Under the pieces are notes generated by a model. The model worked only from the letters and a program-made list of their open reading frames with translations, was not told the origin of the DNA and did not search any database. A stretch of 64,000 nt of DNA, from positions 12,955 to 76,954 of the IMG/VR virus record IMGVR_UViG_2706795030_000004; one strand, 5' to 3'. This DNA is from a virus (lineage: Duplodnaviria; Caudoviricetes). Both the position numbers and the translations under genes were made by a program. Positions 9,885 through 19,574 of the stretch are shown here, piece by piece; the first letter of the stretch is position 1, and each line of letters starts with the position of its first letter.

Positions 9885-10289
9885 TCAGGAATAGCCCGGG
9901 TTGCTCTCGATTAGCTGAATTTCGACAGCCCCGATCACACCGCCGCTATTGGGAATGCCAGCCGGGACCGTGACCGCCGCGGCGAACTTCACCACGAGAA
10001 GCCCAATGTGCGGATGCTCCCAGTTAAACTCTCGCCAGCGTTGGTGTGCCGCGTAGAATTGCTCGAGCCGGTGGGCGTTATGCTGTGGGTCCGTGTCAGG
10101 GTCGTACAGACCGTTTGCGTGCAGATACCACTTGAGACCGTGAAGGTTCACCTTGAATTTTCGCCGGTACGGCACTGAGGGCTTAGCTGAGAACTCCCAC
10201 CCGTTCATGGACGTGACCGCCACGGGTTCGGGCGGAACGGTTTCAGGCACCAATGTGCCCGTGCAGAACTCAAAGGTCTCAAGCGCCAT
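9885..10289 (-). CDS. Distal tail protein, gpM-like
   Basis: 134 aa; LEQFYAAHQRWREFNWEHP pattern resembles gpM-type F..HG..F.W. Confidence 0.6.
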   Translation of the reverse strand: MALETFEFCTGTLVPETVPPEPVAVTSMNGWEFSAKPSVPYRRKFKVNLHGLKWYLHANGLYDPDTDPQHNAHRLEQFYAAHQRWREFNWEHPHIGLLVVKFAAAVTVPAGIPNSGGVIGAVEIQLIESNPGYS

Positions 10290-10340
10290 GCTGAGCCTTT
10301 ATTCCCCGTCGCGCCGAGGACGCATACGAGAGGGTGAATT

Positions 10341-10374
10341 AAAAGAGACCCCGAAGCTTTCGCTTCGGGGTCTC
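10341..10374 (-). terminator. Rho-independent terminator after tail tube gene
   Basis: 13-bp stem GAGACCCCGAAGC/GCTTCGGGGTCTC, GAAA loop, then TTTT on minus strand. Confidence 0.8.
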
Positions 10375-10393
10375 CCCACCGCCAGCCGAAGAA

Positions 10394-11236
10394 TCAGGCG
10401 CCGATATAAATATCGAAGAAGGCGCTCGTGCCGATATCAGCAAGACGATCGGTCGCCTCCGACGTCGACATGAGAAGCGGCATCAGTTCCCAAGGCATTC
10501 CGCCGTACTCGGTTTCCGAGAAGGAGAGCGAAAAGCCCTTCGAGACGCGGACCTTGGGCAGAACCACCGTGACCGGTCGATCGTACGAGTCCAGGGTGCC
10601 CGTAATTTTGACGCCGAAGAGATCATCCTGATCGATGTTCGGACGCAGGACGGGCAGAACCCAGACTTGTGACCCTACCGGGAAGCTCATGCCAGCCGGG
10701 ATGGCGTAGTTCGCCGCGATCGGAACCGTCCACGGCGACTCCGTGCCGGTGGCCGCACCGCTCGACTTGGTCGGGAAGACGTAGTCCTGATTGGGCGCAG
10801 GGCGCTGTACCAGAATAGTCGAACCCGACGGGATGTCACCGAGGGCAGTGATAGCCGAACCAGCCTCGCCCGGAACAGGGTTGCTGCCCAGAATCAGTTG
10901 AGTGGCCTCAGCAGCTGCTTCAGTGGTGAGAACGCCACGCTTCAGAGCTCCAATAGTGCCCGACATCGCCAGCGAGCGCGCGACGTTCTCGGCAGTAAAT
11001 TCATAGGAGGTGAACGAGATCGTCGGCTGGACGCTGGTGCGCCGCGACGCCACAGTTGCCTGCGAGACACCGTTGGTCAGCGAGATCATCGAGCTGTCGA
11101 GGGGCACGGCCACCTCTTTCACCATGCCCACGCTGTGGGCATCAGGCGTGAGGGCGTAAACGTCGGTGGTGAATGCGGGCGCCATCATCACGGTGGCGCT
11201 CGAGAGCATGAATGCGGATTTCTTTACGGCTGCCAC
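10394..11236 (-). CDS. Major tail tube protein
   Basis: 280 aa beta-rich; SVGMVKEV...FTSYEFTAEN...TVVLPKVRVSKGFSLSF..EYGGMPWE; position before chaperone-downstream tail genes. Confidence 0.75.
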   Translation of the reverse strand: MAAVKKSAFMLSSATVMMAPAFTTDVYALTPDAHSVGMVKEVAVPLDSSMISLTNGVSQATVASRRTSVQPTISFTSYEFTAENVARSLAMSGTIGALKRGVLTTEAAAEATQLILGSNPVPGEAGSAITALGDIPSGSTILVQRPAPNQDYVFPTKSSGAATGTESPWTVPIAANYAIPAGMSFPVGSQVWVLPVLRPNIDQDDLFGVKITGTLDSYDRPVTVVLPKVRVSKGFSLSFSETEYGGMPWELMPLLMSTSEATDRLADIGTSAFFDIYIGA

Positions 11237-11322
11237 AGGAGGGCTCCTTCTTCGCGATAAAACTCGGAAGGAACAGTGGCGCCCGTGCCCCGACTATGGA
11301 ATCTTCGCCTCCTGCACCGCCC

Positions 11323-11718
11323 TCAACCAACCCGGGCCAATGACTTAATCATCGCGATGTCACCTTCGAGTGACCCCGTATTGATCTTGCTGACCTCTTC
11401 CTCTTGCTTCTTGCCCCCCAGCACTGCCGAGACAATCTCAGCGAAGCCGGCGTAAGTGCAGAGCTGAAGTGAGGATAACTCGCCGTACTTCAGCTGAACC
11501 TTTTTCGAGAGCTCCCAATAGGAGAGCGTCCAGTAGAGCTCTTCAAGGTCGCCTTCGACTAGTCCGAAGGCCCAGCAGACCGCGTCGTCGAAGCTGAGGC
11601 TGGAGAACCAGCCGTAGAGGGGTTCGATAGCCCCAACGCGTTCCCGAACTCCTTCGCTTGGCGGGACGTGGTGCCCGCCGAGGTGCCGAAAAAATACAGG
11701 AGATGCTCCATGACCCAT
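11323..11718 (-). CDS. Tail assembly chaperone, frameshift extension (gpT-like portion)
   Basis: -1 frame ORF overlapping the chaperone at slippery T-TTT-TTC (11694-11688). Confidence 0.65.
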   Translation of the reverse strand: MGHGASPVFFRHLGGHHVPPSEGVRERVGAIEPLYGWFSSLSFDDAVCWAFGLVEGDLEELYWTLSYWELSKKVQLKYGELSSLQLCTYAGFAEIVSAVLGGKKQEEEVSKINTGSLEGDIAMIKSLARVG

Positions 11719-11987
11719 TCGAGGAGACGGAGCACTTCGGACGGGTCAATCTCGTCGATCTCTTCAACCGAGATGAGCTCCTCCTCCGACGTCACGACAC
11801 CCTTCTTCTCCGTCAGGGCGCGGCGCACGATGTAATCTCGGATGCTGGGATCGCTCACCACATCATTGATCGCAGTGCTGAAGTCCGGAACAAGGCGCTG
11901 GATGTCCTGGCTCAGACCATAGGTCCACTTGATCTTGCGAGCATCCCCGCCGATCTTGATTTCGATTGATAGTTCAGGCCGCTGCAC
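11559..11987 (-). CDS. Tail assembly chaperone (gpG-like)
   Basis: 142 aa acidic protein upstream of tail tube; contains slippery heptamer. Confidence 0.7.
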   Translation of the reverse strand: MQRPELSIEIKIGGDARKIKWTYGLSQDIQRLVPDFSTAINDVVSDPSIRDYIVRRALTEKKGVVTSEEELISVEEIDEIDPSEVLRLLEWVMEHLLYFFGTSAGTTSRQAKEFGNALGLSNPSTAGSPASASTTRSAGPSD

Positions 11988-12174
11988 GTTCGATCTCCGT
12001 ATTTACGAGCCGCTGAAGCAGGCTCATCAGGCTTTCCCGTTCACCCAGCCCAAGAAGAATGAGCCGGTTAACAGTCGCGTTGACATCGGTGCCTTCGGAT
12101 TGGGCTATCTGTCCGAGCCGGAGATACAGGTCGATTGGTACTCGAACCGTGAAACTGCGCTTTTCGGGGTTCAT
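11974..12174 (-). CDS. Arc/ribbon-helix-helix DNA-binding protein
   Basis: KRSFTVRVPIDLYLRLGQIAQSEGTDVNATVNRLI matches the Arc-like beta-alpha-alpha pattern. Confidence 0.75.
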   Translation of the reverse strand: MNPEKRSFTVRVPIDLYLRLGQIAQSEGTDVNATVNRLILLGLGERESLMSLLQRLVNTEIERAAA

Positions 12175-12249
12175 TGGACCTCGCGGTGGTTGTCGGTGGT
12201 GGCGCAGGTCTATGTCTGTGATCCGGGTTGGGCCATTCTCGGGGGTGAA

Positions 12250-13074
12250 TTACCTGATCCGAGCTCCGAGCCCAGTCTGCACACGCCTCTGGACGGCGTA
12301 AGGGATCGCCTTCGTCAGGACAAAGTTGAGAAAAGGCTCGAGGGTAGGCCGATACGGCGCGGCGGGCGGACCACCCAGCCGATAGGCCAGTTCTTCATAT
12401 CCCGCTGCGGCCACTGCAGCGGGAATTCCTCCTTTGGTGTAGGACTGGAGCATCGCCGGGGTGATTTTCTCGAGGGCCGCGACCTCAACCGAGCCAATGT
12501 GAATGCGAATGGCCTTGGGGTCCTGCCCTTCCTTTGCCACCGGCCGGTAACGGAGCCCCCCCAAGTTCGGGGCTACCGCCCCGCCAAAGCCAGGGCTCTT
12601 TCCTGAGCGTACGGACACCTTGATGGGGCCGAAGATCTCGGTCCACATTTCTCCCTTGCTGAGCATCGAGGCCATGTGGTGCGTCCACCCCTCGAACCAG
12701 CGGGTGTGCCCGAGATGCCGCTCCTTGCGGGCGAGATATTTCGGACTGCGCGGTTTCCAGACTATCCCCTGACTTGGGACGGTCCGGGGGCCTCCCTCCG
12801 TCATGGCCTGCAGCCCGCCCACGCTCATACCGCGCTCATGTCCAATGACAATTCGCCGATAACGCGCCGCGGCATTCGCAATCTCGGCCCGGACATCAAG
12901 GCCGACTCGTTTCTGGATGTCCCGGACCAGAATTTCGCGATACCCGTCGGCATATCCGAATGCGACGTTCTGGATGATCGTCGACGCAGCGGTGGCTGCC
13001 CAGCGCTTCGTTGTGCGCGCGGACGACCCCCCGGTAGCGAGGTTAAAGAATAACCTGAGCCGAATGTCAGCCAT
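12250..13074 (-). CDS. Putative neck/tail-completion virion protein
   Basis: 274 aa, basic, within head-tail block; positional inference. Confidence 0.45.
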   Translation of the reverse strand: MADIRLRLFFNLATGGSSARTTKRWAATAASTIIQNVAFGYADGYREILVRDIQKRVGLDVRAEIANAAARYRRIVIGHERGMSVGGLQAMTEGGPRTVPSQGIVWKPRSPKYLARKERHLGHTRWFEGWTHHMASMLSKGEMWTEIFGPIKVSVRSGKSPGFGGAVAPNLGGLRYRPVAKEGQDPKAIRIHIGSVEVAALEKITPAMLQSYTKGGIPAAVAAAGYEELAYRLGGPPAAPYRPTLEPFLNFVLTKAIPYAVQRRVQTGLGARIR

Positions 13075-13504
13075 CGTTGGCGGTTCGCTTCAGTTCAATG
13101 GAGGCCGTCCGGTAATTGCGCAGCATCGTCTGTGCCATCGGGGCGATCTCAAAGTCGGTGACAACGAGTTGATTATCCTCGTCTCCCGTCTCGGGGTCGC
13201 GAAGCGGAACGCGCTGCTTCTCCCCGAACCAGGCGTGGATGCCGTCGAGGATTTCCGCCTCGCGGAGAAGGAGCGTGTCCTGATAGGACGATAGGGAGAT
13301 CGAAAAGCGAACGATCCATAGACCACTGTTTTCGTGGAAGTTGAACCCATCGACCCCCAAGAGGATGTTCTTGGGCAGCTTGTCCTCTTCACCGCGGGCT
13401 TCCCAAACGTGATAGGTAATGCCGAAAGCACCAGAAGCGTTCAGCTCCTCGATCATGTCGGACACGTGGCGCACGAGCGACTTGTAGATGCGTGAAATAA
13501 TCAT
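13067..13504 (-). CDS. Putative tail terminator protein
   Basis: 145 aa acidic, gpU-like size and position; positional inference. Confidence 0.5.
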   Translation of the reverse strand: MIISRIYKSLVRHVSDMIEELNASGAFGITYHVWEARGEEDKLPKNILLGVDGFNFHENSGLWIVRFSISLSSYQDTLLLREAEILDGIHAWFGEKQRVPLRDPETGDEDNQLVVTDFEIAPMAQTMLRNYRTASIELKRTANDG

Positions 13505-14055
13505 GACTGAAGGAACCCGATGCGCAGGCCCAACTGGACGTCGGACCGGATGACTTCGTATTCGTCGAGCAGATCGTCCGACTTGACGTCCGCCCCTGTA
13601 ATGAACCGTGCACGCTCGAACGAAGTGTTCATGCGCCGCTCGTTCTCCTCGCGGTCGGTCGGCTCAATGCCGACCCAGATCTGGCCGAGGTTCTCGATCG
13701 GGCCGTCAGTCTTCTGCTTGGTGACGGGGTCGGTGATCTTCGTCCGTCGGCGCCAGGTGACCAAATGTGTCGCACGGAAGAGCCGGTAGCTGTCCCACAG
13801 CACCCCCTGAGCGTGCTCCGCGGGGCCGTTATCGCCCACGATGTATGTCTCGCCCGCCTTCGTCCGAATGACCATCCCCAGTCGCACCGGAGAGGGGTGG
13901 CGGGTGCGGAGCACATGACGGGGCGAGACGAAGATATAGGAAGGCACCTGCGTCTGGTCGGTCTCACTGATGATCCCGCGCAGCGTCCCGCTACCCCCGA
14001 CGAGGACCTGCAGATTCGTCAAAAAGCGGTCGGTGACCGAGGCGAGACTAACCAC
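13501..14055 (-). CDS. Putative head closure/stopper protein
   Basis: Beta-rich 184 aa in head-tail joining position. Confidence 0.45.
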   Translation of the reverse strand: MVSLASVTDRFLTNLQVLVGGSGTLRGIISETDQTQVPSYIFVSPRHVLRTRHPSPVRLGMVIRTKAGETYIVGDNGPAEHAQGVLWDSYRLFRATHLVTWRRRTKITDPVTKQKTDGPIENLGQIWVGIEPTDREENERRMNTSFERARFITGADVKSDDLLDEYEVIRSDVQLGLRIGFLQS

Positions 14056-14734
14056 TGAAATCGTCCGAGATGGTGGCGAGTACGAAGAGAGGTCCGCCGC
14101 CGGCCCCCCCCGCCTCTGTCGGGTTCAAGAGGTCAGTCGCGCGCGCAACCTGCGCCTGCAGCTTGGCGCGCAGCTTATCCCAGTCGATCGACCCGCGCTG
14201 ATACTCGTTCGTTCCGCTGCTCTCCATCTTGGCAATCCGAATCTGCAGCGTGTCGAGCACGGCGAGAGCCGCCAGCGCCTCAATGCCGTCGGCAATAAGG
14301 TGGGCTTCGGCAGTCTCGAGATTCTCGTAGGCCGTCACCGGGCCGAGGGATCCCATCTCCCAATAGGCGCCGATCAGATCGACCTCATCATCCGGCAAGT
14401 CCTGAGGCCCGACGCCCAGCTTCTCCCGCGCACCACGGGGGCTCACCGGAAAGGGCACACGCCCCTCAACGGTATATTCGACGCGGCCGGAGCGAATGTC
14501 CCCGCCGACCGTGTAGGTCCAGGCCAGCTCGCGGACGTTGCGAAGCGTCCCGGTCGAAAGCTGGTTATACGTTCCAGCAACCACAAGCACCGCCGAAACG
14601 GCGCCGTCTTCAGGGGTGATCGCCCCAGTGGCAACTTCCGTTCCGTCCAAACGATAGAGCGCCCACGAGATATCCCCGTCAGGCGCTCCGTCGTCGAACG
14701 TCACGAGCTGCGAAAAATCGAGCCCGGCGCGCAT
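14048..14734 (-). CDS. Putative head-tail adaptor
   Basis: 228 aa; C-terminal AREKLGV..DLPD..VD helical adaptor-like region. Confidence 0.5.
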   Translation of the reverse strand: MRAGLDFSQLVTFDDGAPDGDISWALYRLDGTEVATGAITPEDGAVSAVLVVAGTYNQLSTGTLRNVRELAWTYTVGGDIRSGRVEYTVEGRVPFPVSPRGAREKLGVGPQDLPDDEVDLIGAYWEMGSLGPVTAYENLETAEAHLIADGIEALAALAVLDTLQIRIAKMESSGTNEYQRGSIDWDKLRAKLQAQVARATDLLNPTEAGGAGGGPLFVLATISDDFSG

Positions 14735-14742
14735 GATCTACC

Positions 14743-14988
14743 TTACTTCTTCGAGGCCGTCCCCGAGGTCGGACCGTTGGACTTGCCCTTGTCCTTATCG
14801 GCGACAGGCTCAGCCTCTTCCTTGGCCGCCTTCTTGTCGCTGACCTCTTCAAGCCGACCCTCACTAAGCGCGTGCTTGATATACTCCGTCAGGTGGACGG
14901 ACTTCTCTTCGCCGGGCGAGATAGTTTGGCCGCCGAAGACATCGTGGACCAGAAACGAACCCGTGGTTTTCACCGTGATCTTCATCAT
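14743..14988 (-). CDS. Small virion-associated hypothetical protein
   Basis: 81 aa directly after capsid gene; low-complexity K/E tail. Confidence 0.5.
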   Translation of the reverse strand: MMKITVKTTGSFLVHDVFGGQTISPGEEKSVHLTEYIKHALSEGRLEEVSDKKAAKEEAEPVADKDKGKSNGPTSGTASKK

Positions 14989-15000
14989 AGCTCTCCGAAT

Positions 15001-15024
15001 TGAGGGGGTCCGAAGACCCCCTCA
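15001..15024 (-). terminator. Stem-loop after major capsid gene (UUCG loop, no U-tract)
   Basis: TGAGGGGGTC-TTCG-GACCCCCTCA on minus strand. Confidence 0.55.
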
Positions 15025-15027
15025 GAA

Positions 15028-16236
15028 TTAGGCCTGGTCGAGGTTCAGGACCGAGCGGGTGTCGCCGAAGACCAGGCGGTAGCCCTTGTTCTCGGTCTTC
15101 ACGAACTTCACCTTCTGGTTCTCGATCGCCCGGGTCGATTCCTCGATATCCGAGCCGTTCTCGACCAGCTCTTCGAGCGTCTCGTTCTTGATGAAGCCAA
15201 CCAGCTTCGCGGCCGGGGCCGTGGACGAGAGCGCGAAGTCGACGTTGAAGTCGAAGCGCGGGTTACGGATCGCAACGTCGACGCCCGCCTTGCGGAGGAT
15301 GTCACCCTGCGACATGCCGGCATCTGCAGTCGGCTTCGCGAACATGCGCAGCCACTCGAGATACATGTCGTAGTTGCCGAGGACCGTGTCGACGGGAACG
15401 CCAGCCTTGGCGCGGCTCACGAGCCAAGCGAGGAAGATGTTCCAGTCGAGGCGACCGGTCTTGGGGACCGGCTGGCCGTCCGTGGGCATCGTCGCAGCAA
15501 GCGTGGTCGCATTGACCACGGGGGCCGCAGCGTTGACGCCGTCACCATTGATGAGCAGCCCAGTGGCGATCGCCACCTCGCCGATCTCGACTTCACGCTG
15601 CATGCGCGCGGCGTAGGGCGTCACGATGTCGAGGCTCGCCCGACGCTCGAATTCGTAGGTGAATTCGAAACCGCCACCGAACTTGTAGAACTTGACGCCC
15701 TTCTCAGTCGTGCGGATCGAGCGGATCGGAATGCGAGCGCCCTCGGCGATGACTCCGGTCTGCTGATACTCAGCAGCGTCATCATCGACCACGGTCGTGA
15801 TCATCTCGTTGCCCGAGATACCGCGCGACTGCGCGATGATCGGAGCGATCGACTCGATGTTGTCCTGACGGTACTTCCACTGCAGGATCGCGTCGATCAC
15901 GGGCGGGAACATCGCGCGGGTGCCGGGATAGGTCTGGAACGTATCCGCAGCGGCCTGCAGGAGGATGCCGTTGGCGTAGTCGTCACGGATCGGCAGGCCG
16001 AGGTGCGCGAGCGCAGCCTCGAAGCCATTCAGCTTCGAGCCCTTGTAATCGCCCTTTTCAGTGTCGATCGCGAGCGTCAGATAGTCAGGCAGACTGATCT
16101 TCAGCGACTTCGCCGCCTGCACGAGGTTCTGACCAGCGCGGATGCTGTCGGCCATGTTCTCGCTGAGAACGTCCGCGAGCAGGACTTCGGCCGGCTGGCG
16201 ATTACGGGCCAGTTCGATGAGATTTGCGGGCTTCAC
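15028..16236 (-). CDS. Major capsid protein (HK97 fold)
   Basis: 402 aa; VIAEGARIP...KFYKFGGGFEFTYEFERRASLD...INGDG; position after decoration gene. Confidence 0.88.
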   Translation of the reverse strand: MKPANLIELARNRQPAEVLLADVLSENMADSIRAGQNLVQAAKSLKISLPDYLTLAIDTEKGDYKGSKLNGFEAALAHLGLPIRDDYANGILLQAAADTFQTYPGTRAMFPPVIDAILQWKYRQDNIESIAPIIAQSRGISGNEMITTVVDDDAAEYQQTGVIAEGARIPIRSIRTTEKGVKFYKFGGGFEFTYEFERRASLDIVTPYAARMQREVEIGEVAIATGLLINGDGVNAAAPVVNATTLAATMPTDGQPVPKTGRLDWNIFLAWLVSRAKAGVPVDTVLGNYDMYLEWLRMFAKPTADAGMSQGDILRKAGVDVAIRNPRFDFNVDFALSSTAPAAKLVGFIKNETLEELVENGSDIEESTRAIENQKVKFVKTENKGYRLVFGDTRSVLNLDQA

Positions 16237-16250
16237 TGTCGTGCTCCTTG

Positions 16251-16673
16251 TTAGAACTTTTCGACGATCACGAAGTCGGTGCCGACTTCGATCACGGTGT
16301 TGACGTTTTGGTCGGGGGTCTTGCTGGTGCCGTCCTCGAGCGCCTTGACCTCTCCGGCCCCGGCACCGACCACGGTGTCGCCGAGCCCAGGGACTTCGTT
16401 CCCGGCAAGGCCGTCCTTGACGGGAAGCTTAGTGCGGAACTTGCGCGAGACGGCGCCGACCAGGAGGCCGTTGCCGCGGTCCTCGAAGGTCTCGAGACGG
16501 CCGAAGACGGCGGCGTCATCAGTCGCCAGCTTCACCTTGCCGGCTGCGCTCGTGTCGAGCTCGACGGCCTTGCCCACGTCGGCGGCAGTCGTGCCCGCGG
16601 CCAGCGCGTAGGTGAAAACGAAATCCTCGAACGAGAACGTGTAGTTGACGACGCTGTTGGGGTTGTACGCCAC
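16251..16673 (-). CDS. Capsid decoration/cement protein
   Basis: 140 aa; DVGKAVEL...KVKLATDDAAVFGRL beta-tulip-like; between scaffold and MCP. Confidence 0.7.
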   Translation of the reverse strand: MAYNPNSVVNYTFSFEDFVFTYALAAGTTAADVGKAVELDTSAAGKVKLATDDAAVFGRLETFEDRGNGLLVGAVSRKFRTKLPVKDGLAGNEVPGLGDTVVGAGAGEVKALEDGTSKTPDQNVNTVIEVGTDFVIVEKF

Positions 16674-16691
16674 GGGTCGGTCCTTCCTTCT

Positions 16692-17855
16692 TTAAAGCTT
16701 GCGATTGGTGTAGGCACTGGCGACAAGCTTCCGCTCGTCTTCGCCTTCACCGGTCTTGGTCGGGTTCGAGACGCCGCCCACGGGGAGGATCGCCGTCAGA
16801 TCGGAGGTGTGCTCCTTGATCTGCTTCTCGAGATCGGCAACGGTCGACGGCAGGTCTTCGGCCTTGGGCGCTTCCTTGCCCGCGGCGACGAGAACCTTGC
16901 TCAGAACCGACTGCAGGAAGGTCACCGCCGCGGTGGCCTCGTCCGCCTTCGAGTCCGCCCGAGCCTTCTCGAGATCGGCCTGAGCCGTCTCAAGCTGCGC
17001 GGTCAGTTCCGTAACCTTGGTGTTGGCGGAATCACGTTCGCTGGTCAGCGTCGTGATCGTCGCGTCGGCTGCTTCCTTCGCGGCCTTCAGGATCTTCACG
17101 TCCGCCTTGGCTTCCGAGAGTTCCGTGACCAGCGCGGTTGGATCAAAATTGCTCACAGGGTCTTCTCCTCTGGACGCCTGGACAATCAGGCGATCCTTGA
17201 AATCTGCGTGCGCCGCGAGGCGCATCGACGATGCGGGCTGCAACTTAGAATCGGACTTGCCGATGATGCGCGGCTGATCGGCTGCACCGCGCGCAACCAG
17301 GCTGACCTCGATGAAGTCGGAAAGGCCGATGAGGTCGGCGTGAACGCCGTCTTCGCCAATGGTGTGGCCGTTGGCGCAGGTGCGGTCGAAGAAGTTGTCG
17401 TACTGGGCGCCAGGCCCGAGATAGTCCCAGCCGCACTCCGAGCAGAGGAACTGGGTCGGGAAGAACGACACCGAGACCTCGTCGAGCGAACCGGCATTGA
17501 GCTTGGCAATCAGGCGGCCCTCGGTCGGGTCCAGATAGAAGAGGACGCGAAGCTCGATGTCGTTGACACCGTTGAAGACCAGCTCGGCGTCAAAGACACG
17601 TCCCTTGGGCTCGCCGCTCAGCTGGTGGTCCGAGATCAGGGGCAGATGCCCGCCATTCTTGATGTGATCCGCCATCTGACGGAGCGTGACCGGAGCCACG
17701 ACCGCGCGCTCGTGGAGCGTACCGTCCTTGCCCGTCAGCGGCTTCGTGTTGAGCGCGATGGCTTCAAAGACGGCAAAGTTGGTCGGATCGACATCCTGGC
17801 CGACCCGGTCCTTGATGAGCTGCGCGAGCTCGGGTGTCATCGGAAGCTGTTTCAC
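16692..17855 (-). CDS. Prohead protease / scaffold fusion
   Basis: N-terminal protease-like region (DHQLSGEPKGRVF, EVSLVARGA) and C-terminal coiled coil. Confidence 0.7.
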   Translation of the reverse strand: MKQLPMTPELAQLIKDRVGQDVDPTNFAVFEAIALNTKPLTGKDGTLHERAVVAPVTLRQMADHIKNGGHLPLISDHQLSGEPKGRVFDAELVFNGVNDIELRVLFYLDPTEGRLIAKLNAGSLDEVSVSFFPTQFLCSECGWDYLGPGAQYDNFFDRTCANGHTIGEDGVHADLIGLSDFIEVSLVARGAADQPRIIGKSDSKLQPASSMRLAAHADFKDRLIVQASRGEDPVSNFDPTALVTELSEAKADVKILKAAKEAADATITTLTSERDSANTKVTELTAQLETAQADLEKARADSKADEATAAVTFLQSVLSKVLVAAGKEAPKAEDLPSTVADLEKQIKEHTSDLTAILPVGGVSNPTKTGEGEDERKLVASAYTNRKL

Positions 17856-17913
17856 TCCGCAGGCTATGCGGAGGCGACGACTCTCAAGTCACGAGAGGAC
17901 GGGTGAACCTGCC

Positions 17914-18105
17914 TCAACCACCCTCGGCCCGCTTCATTTCCCGAATGCCGAGAATTTCGAGGCCGCTGTGAATGTAGAAATCCTGTTGACCGCCGGGGCG
18001 CACGATCACGACCTTGGCGCTTTTCGGGTAATCGGGCTCACCCTCCCGGAGCGTTACTTCAACCGGCCAACCTGCATGTGCGTCGATCGTTACTCTGGTG
18101 GTCAT
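17914..18105 (-). CDS. Hypothetical protein (63 aa)
   Basis: Fills portal-scaffold gap, coupled to portal stop. Confidence 0.6.
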   Translation of the reverse strand: MTTRVTIDAHAGWPVEVTLREGEPDYPKSAKVVIVRPGGQQDFYIHSGLEILGIREMKRAEGG

Positions 18106-18107
18106 TT

Positions 18108-19571
18108 CTATTTCTCCACGTCATTTGATTTTGCGCTCTCGCTCCCTGGCGCCGTCAAACCTCGCCCGAGCGGGTCGTCGTTGGGCGAGACCCCTTCGGT
18201 GTCGATCGTTACATCGGCATCAGCAGGCTTCAGGAAATTGGTGCCAGACAACTGCGGAGCCCCGGCGGGGGCCGGGCGACCGAACACCTCGAGGTGATAC
18301 TCGTCATCGGTGATCGTGCCGAGCGAAAGCTCATTGCGAAGGCGCGAGGCGCGCATAGTGAGTTGTGGCTCGAGCTCGAGCACCGGGCGAAGTTCAACGG
18401 GACGGTAGCGCACATGAACCCGGCTCTCGCTACCGGCGAGACGGATCGCGAGCGTCAGCGCCTTGGTGAAGAGCGAGCCGATCACGCGGTTCAGCGCGTC
18501 GGCATTCAGCGCGAACAGGCGCGCCTCGGTCGAGGCGACCTGCCCGTTGCTCGACTTGCCGACAACGGCGGGCATGACCTTCAGCGCCGCCTGGTTCTGG
18601 TTGTCGAGAATGTCGATGACGCGCTCGATCTGCAGACCCGCCGACGGGTTCTTGTCGTTGATGATCTCCGCCTTGATCGTGTCCGAGTGGACGAAGGCGT
18701 CGCGCGCGGTCAGCCCGGAGATCACACCGCGGATCGTGTCGAGCTCACGCGAGACGTAGTTCCGCATCTCATCCGGATTATCTCGGATGTTGGGCGGGAC
18801 ATTCCGCTCGATCACGTCTTGCAGGACGGTCACGTCCATCCGCGGATAGCCGACGATCCGCATGATCCGGTAGAGCTCATTAATCACCGCAGTGCGGGCG
18901 GTGATCGTGTTGATTGCAGATACGAAGGTCGAGAAGGTGTAGATGCTCGTCGGGTTCTGGTGGAACCGCGACGTGAAGAAGGTCGGGATGTTGAGATCAA
19001 TCTCGGTGTTCGCGCCGGCAGGCTTCTGGATGGGGCGGTAGACGCCGGGCTTGGCCTCGCGCCACTCGAGGCTCACCGGATCGACAATCCGAAGCTCGGT
19101 CGGAATGTAGCTCTTGTCGAGCACGAGCTCAGCGGCAACCATGCCGCGGAGGAGCGTCATGTAACGCAGTTCGTCAGCGATCGACGATAGCGTCGGCTTG
19201 TCGCTGTAGCCGACGGTGTAATCGTTCACTGTGGTCAGGTTCTCAAGGACACGGCGCGCCAGCTTGGTGCCTTCGATGTCAATCTCGCCATCGGGGTTGT
19301 AGGCGGTGATTACCGGCTCGGCCGAGCCCGCGATCGTCAGATAGGAATGGATCGCCGACGACACGTCCGGGTCGTGGTTGACCATCGTATTGAGAAGCGA
19401 ACGACTGTCGTTCGCGATGCGGCTGTTGAGCAGGTCATCGAGATGCTGCTGGTAACCCGGAACCGCGATCTTTTCGTCACGGGGGTTGAAGGTCGGCGTG
19501 TAGCCCTTGCCGCCTTTGACGCCCTTCCCCTTGGGGAGGAGAATTTGTGCAATGCTGTCGGAGAGTGCCAT
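18108..19571 (-). CDS. Portal protein
   Basis: 487 aa immediately after TerL; DPDVSSAIH, INELYRIMRIVGYPRMDV. Confidence 0.8.
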   Translation of the reverse strand: MALSDSIAQILLPKGKGVKGGKGYTPTFNPRDEKIAVPGYQQHLDDLLNSRIANDSRSLLNTMVNHDPDVSSAIHSYLTIAGSAEPVITAYNPDGEIDIEGTKLARRVLENLTTVNDYTVGYSDKPTLSSIADELRYMTLLRGMVAAELVLDKSYIPTELRIVDPVSLEWREAKPGVYRPIQKPAGANTEIDLNIPTFFTSRFHQNPTSIYTFSTFVSAINTITARTAVINELYRIMRIVGYPRMDVTVLQDVIERNVPPNIRDNPDEMRNYVSRELDTIRGVISGLTARDAFVHSDTIKAEIINDKNPSAGLQIERVIDILDNQNQAALKVMPAVVGKSSNGQVASTEARLFALNADALNRVIGSLFTKALTLAIRLAGSESRVHVRYRPVELRPVLELEPQLTMRASRLRNELSLGTITDDEYHLEVFGRPAPAGAPQLSGTNFLKPADADVTIDTEGVSPNDDPLGRGLTAPGSESAKSNDVEK

Positions 19572-19574
19572 TGA

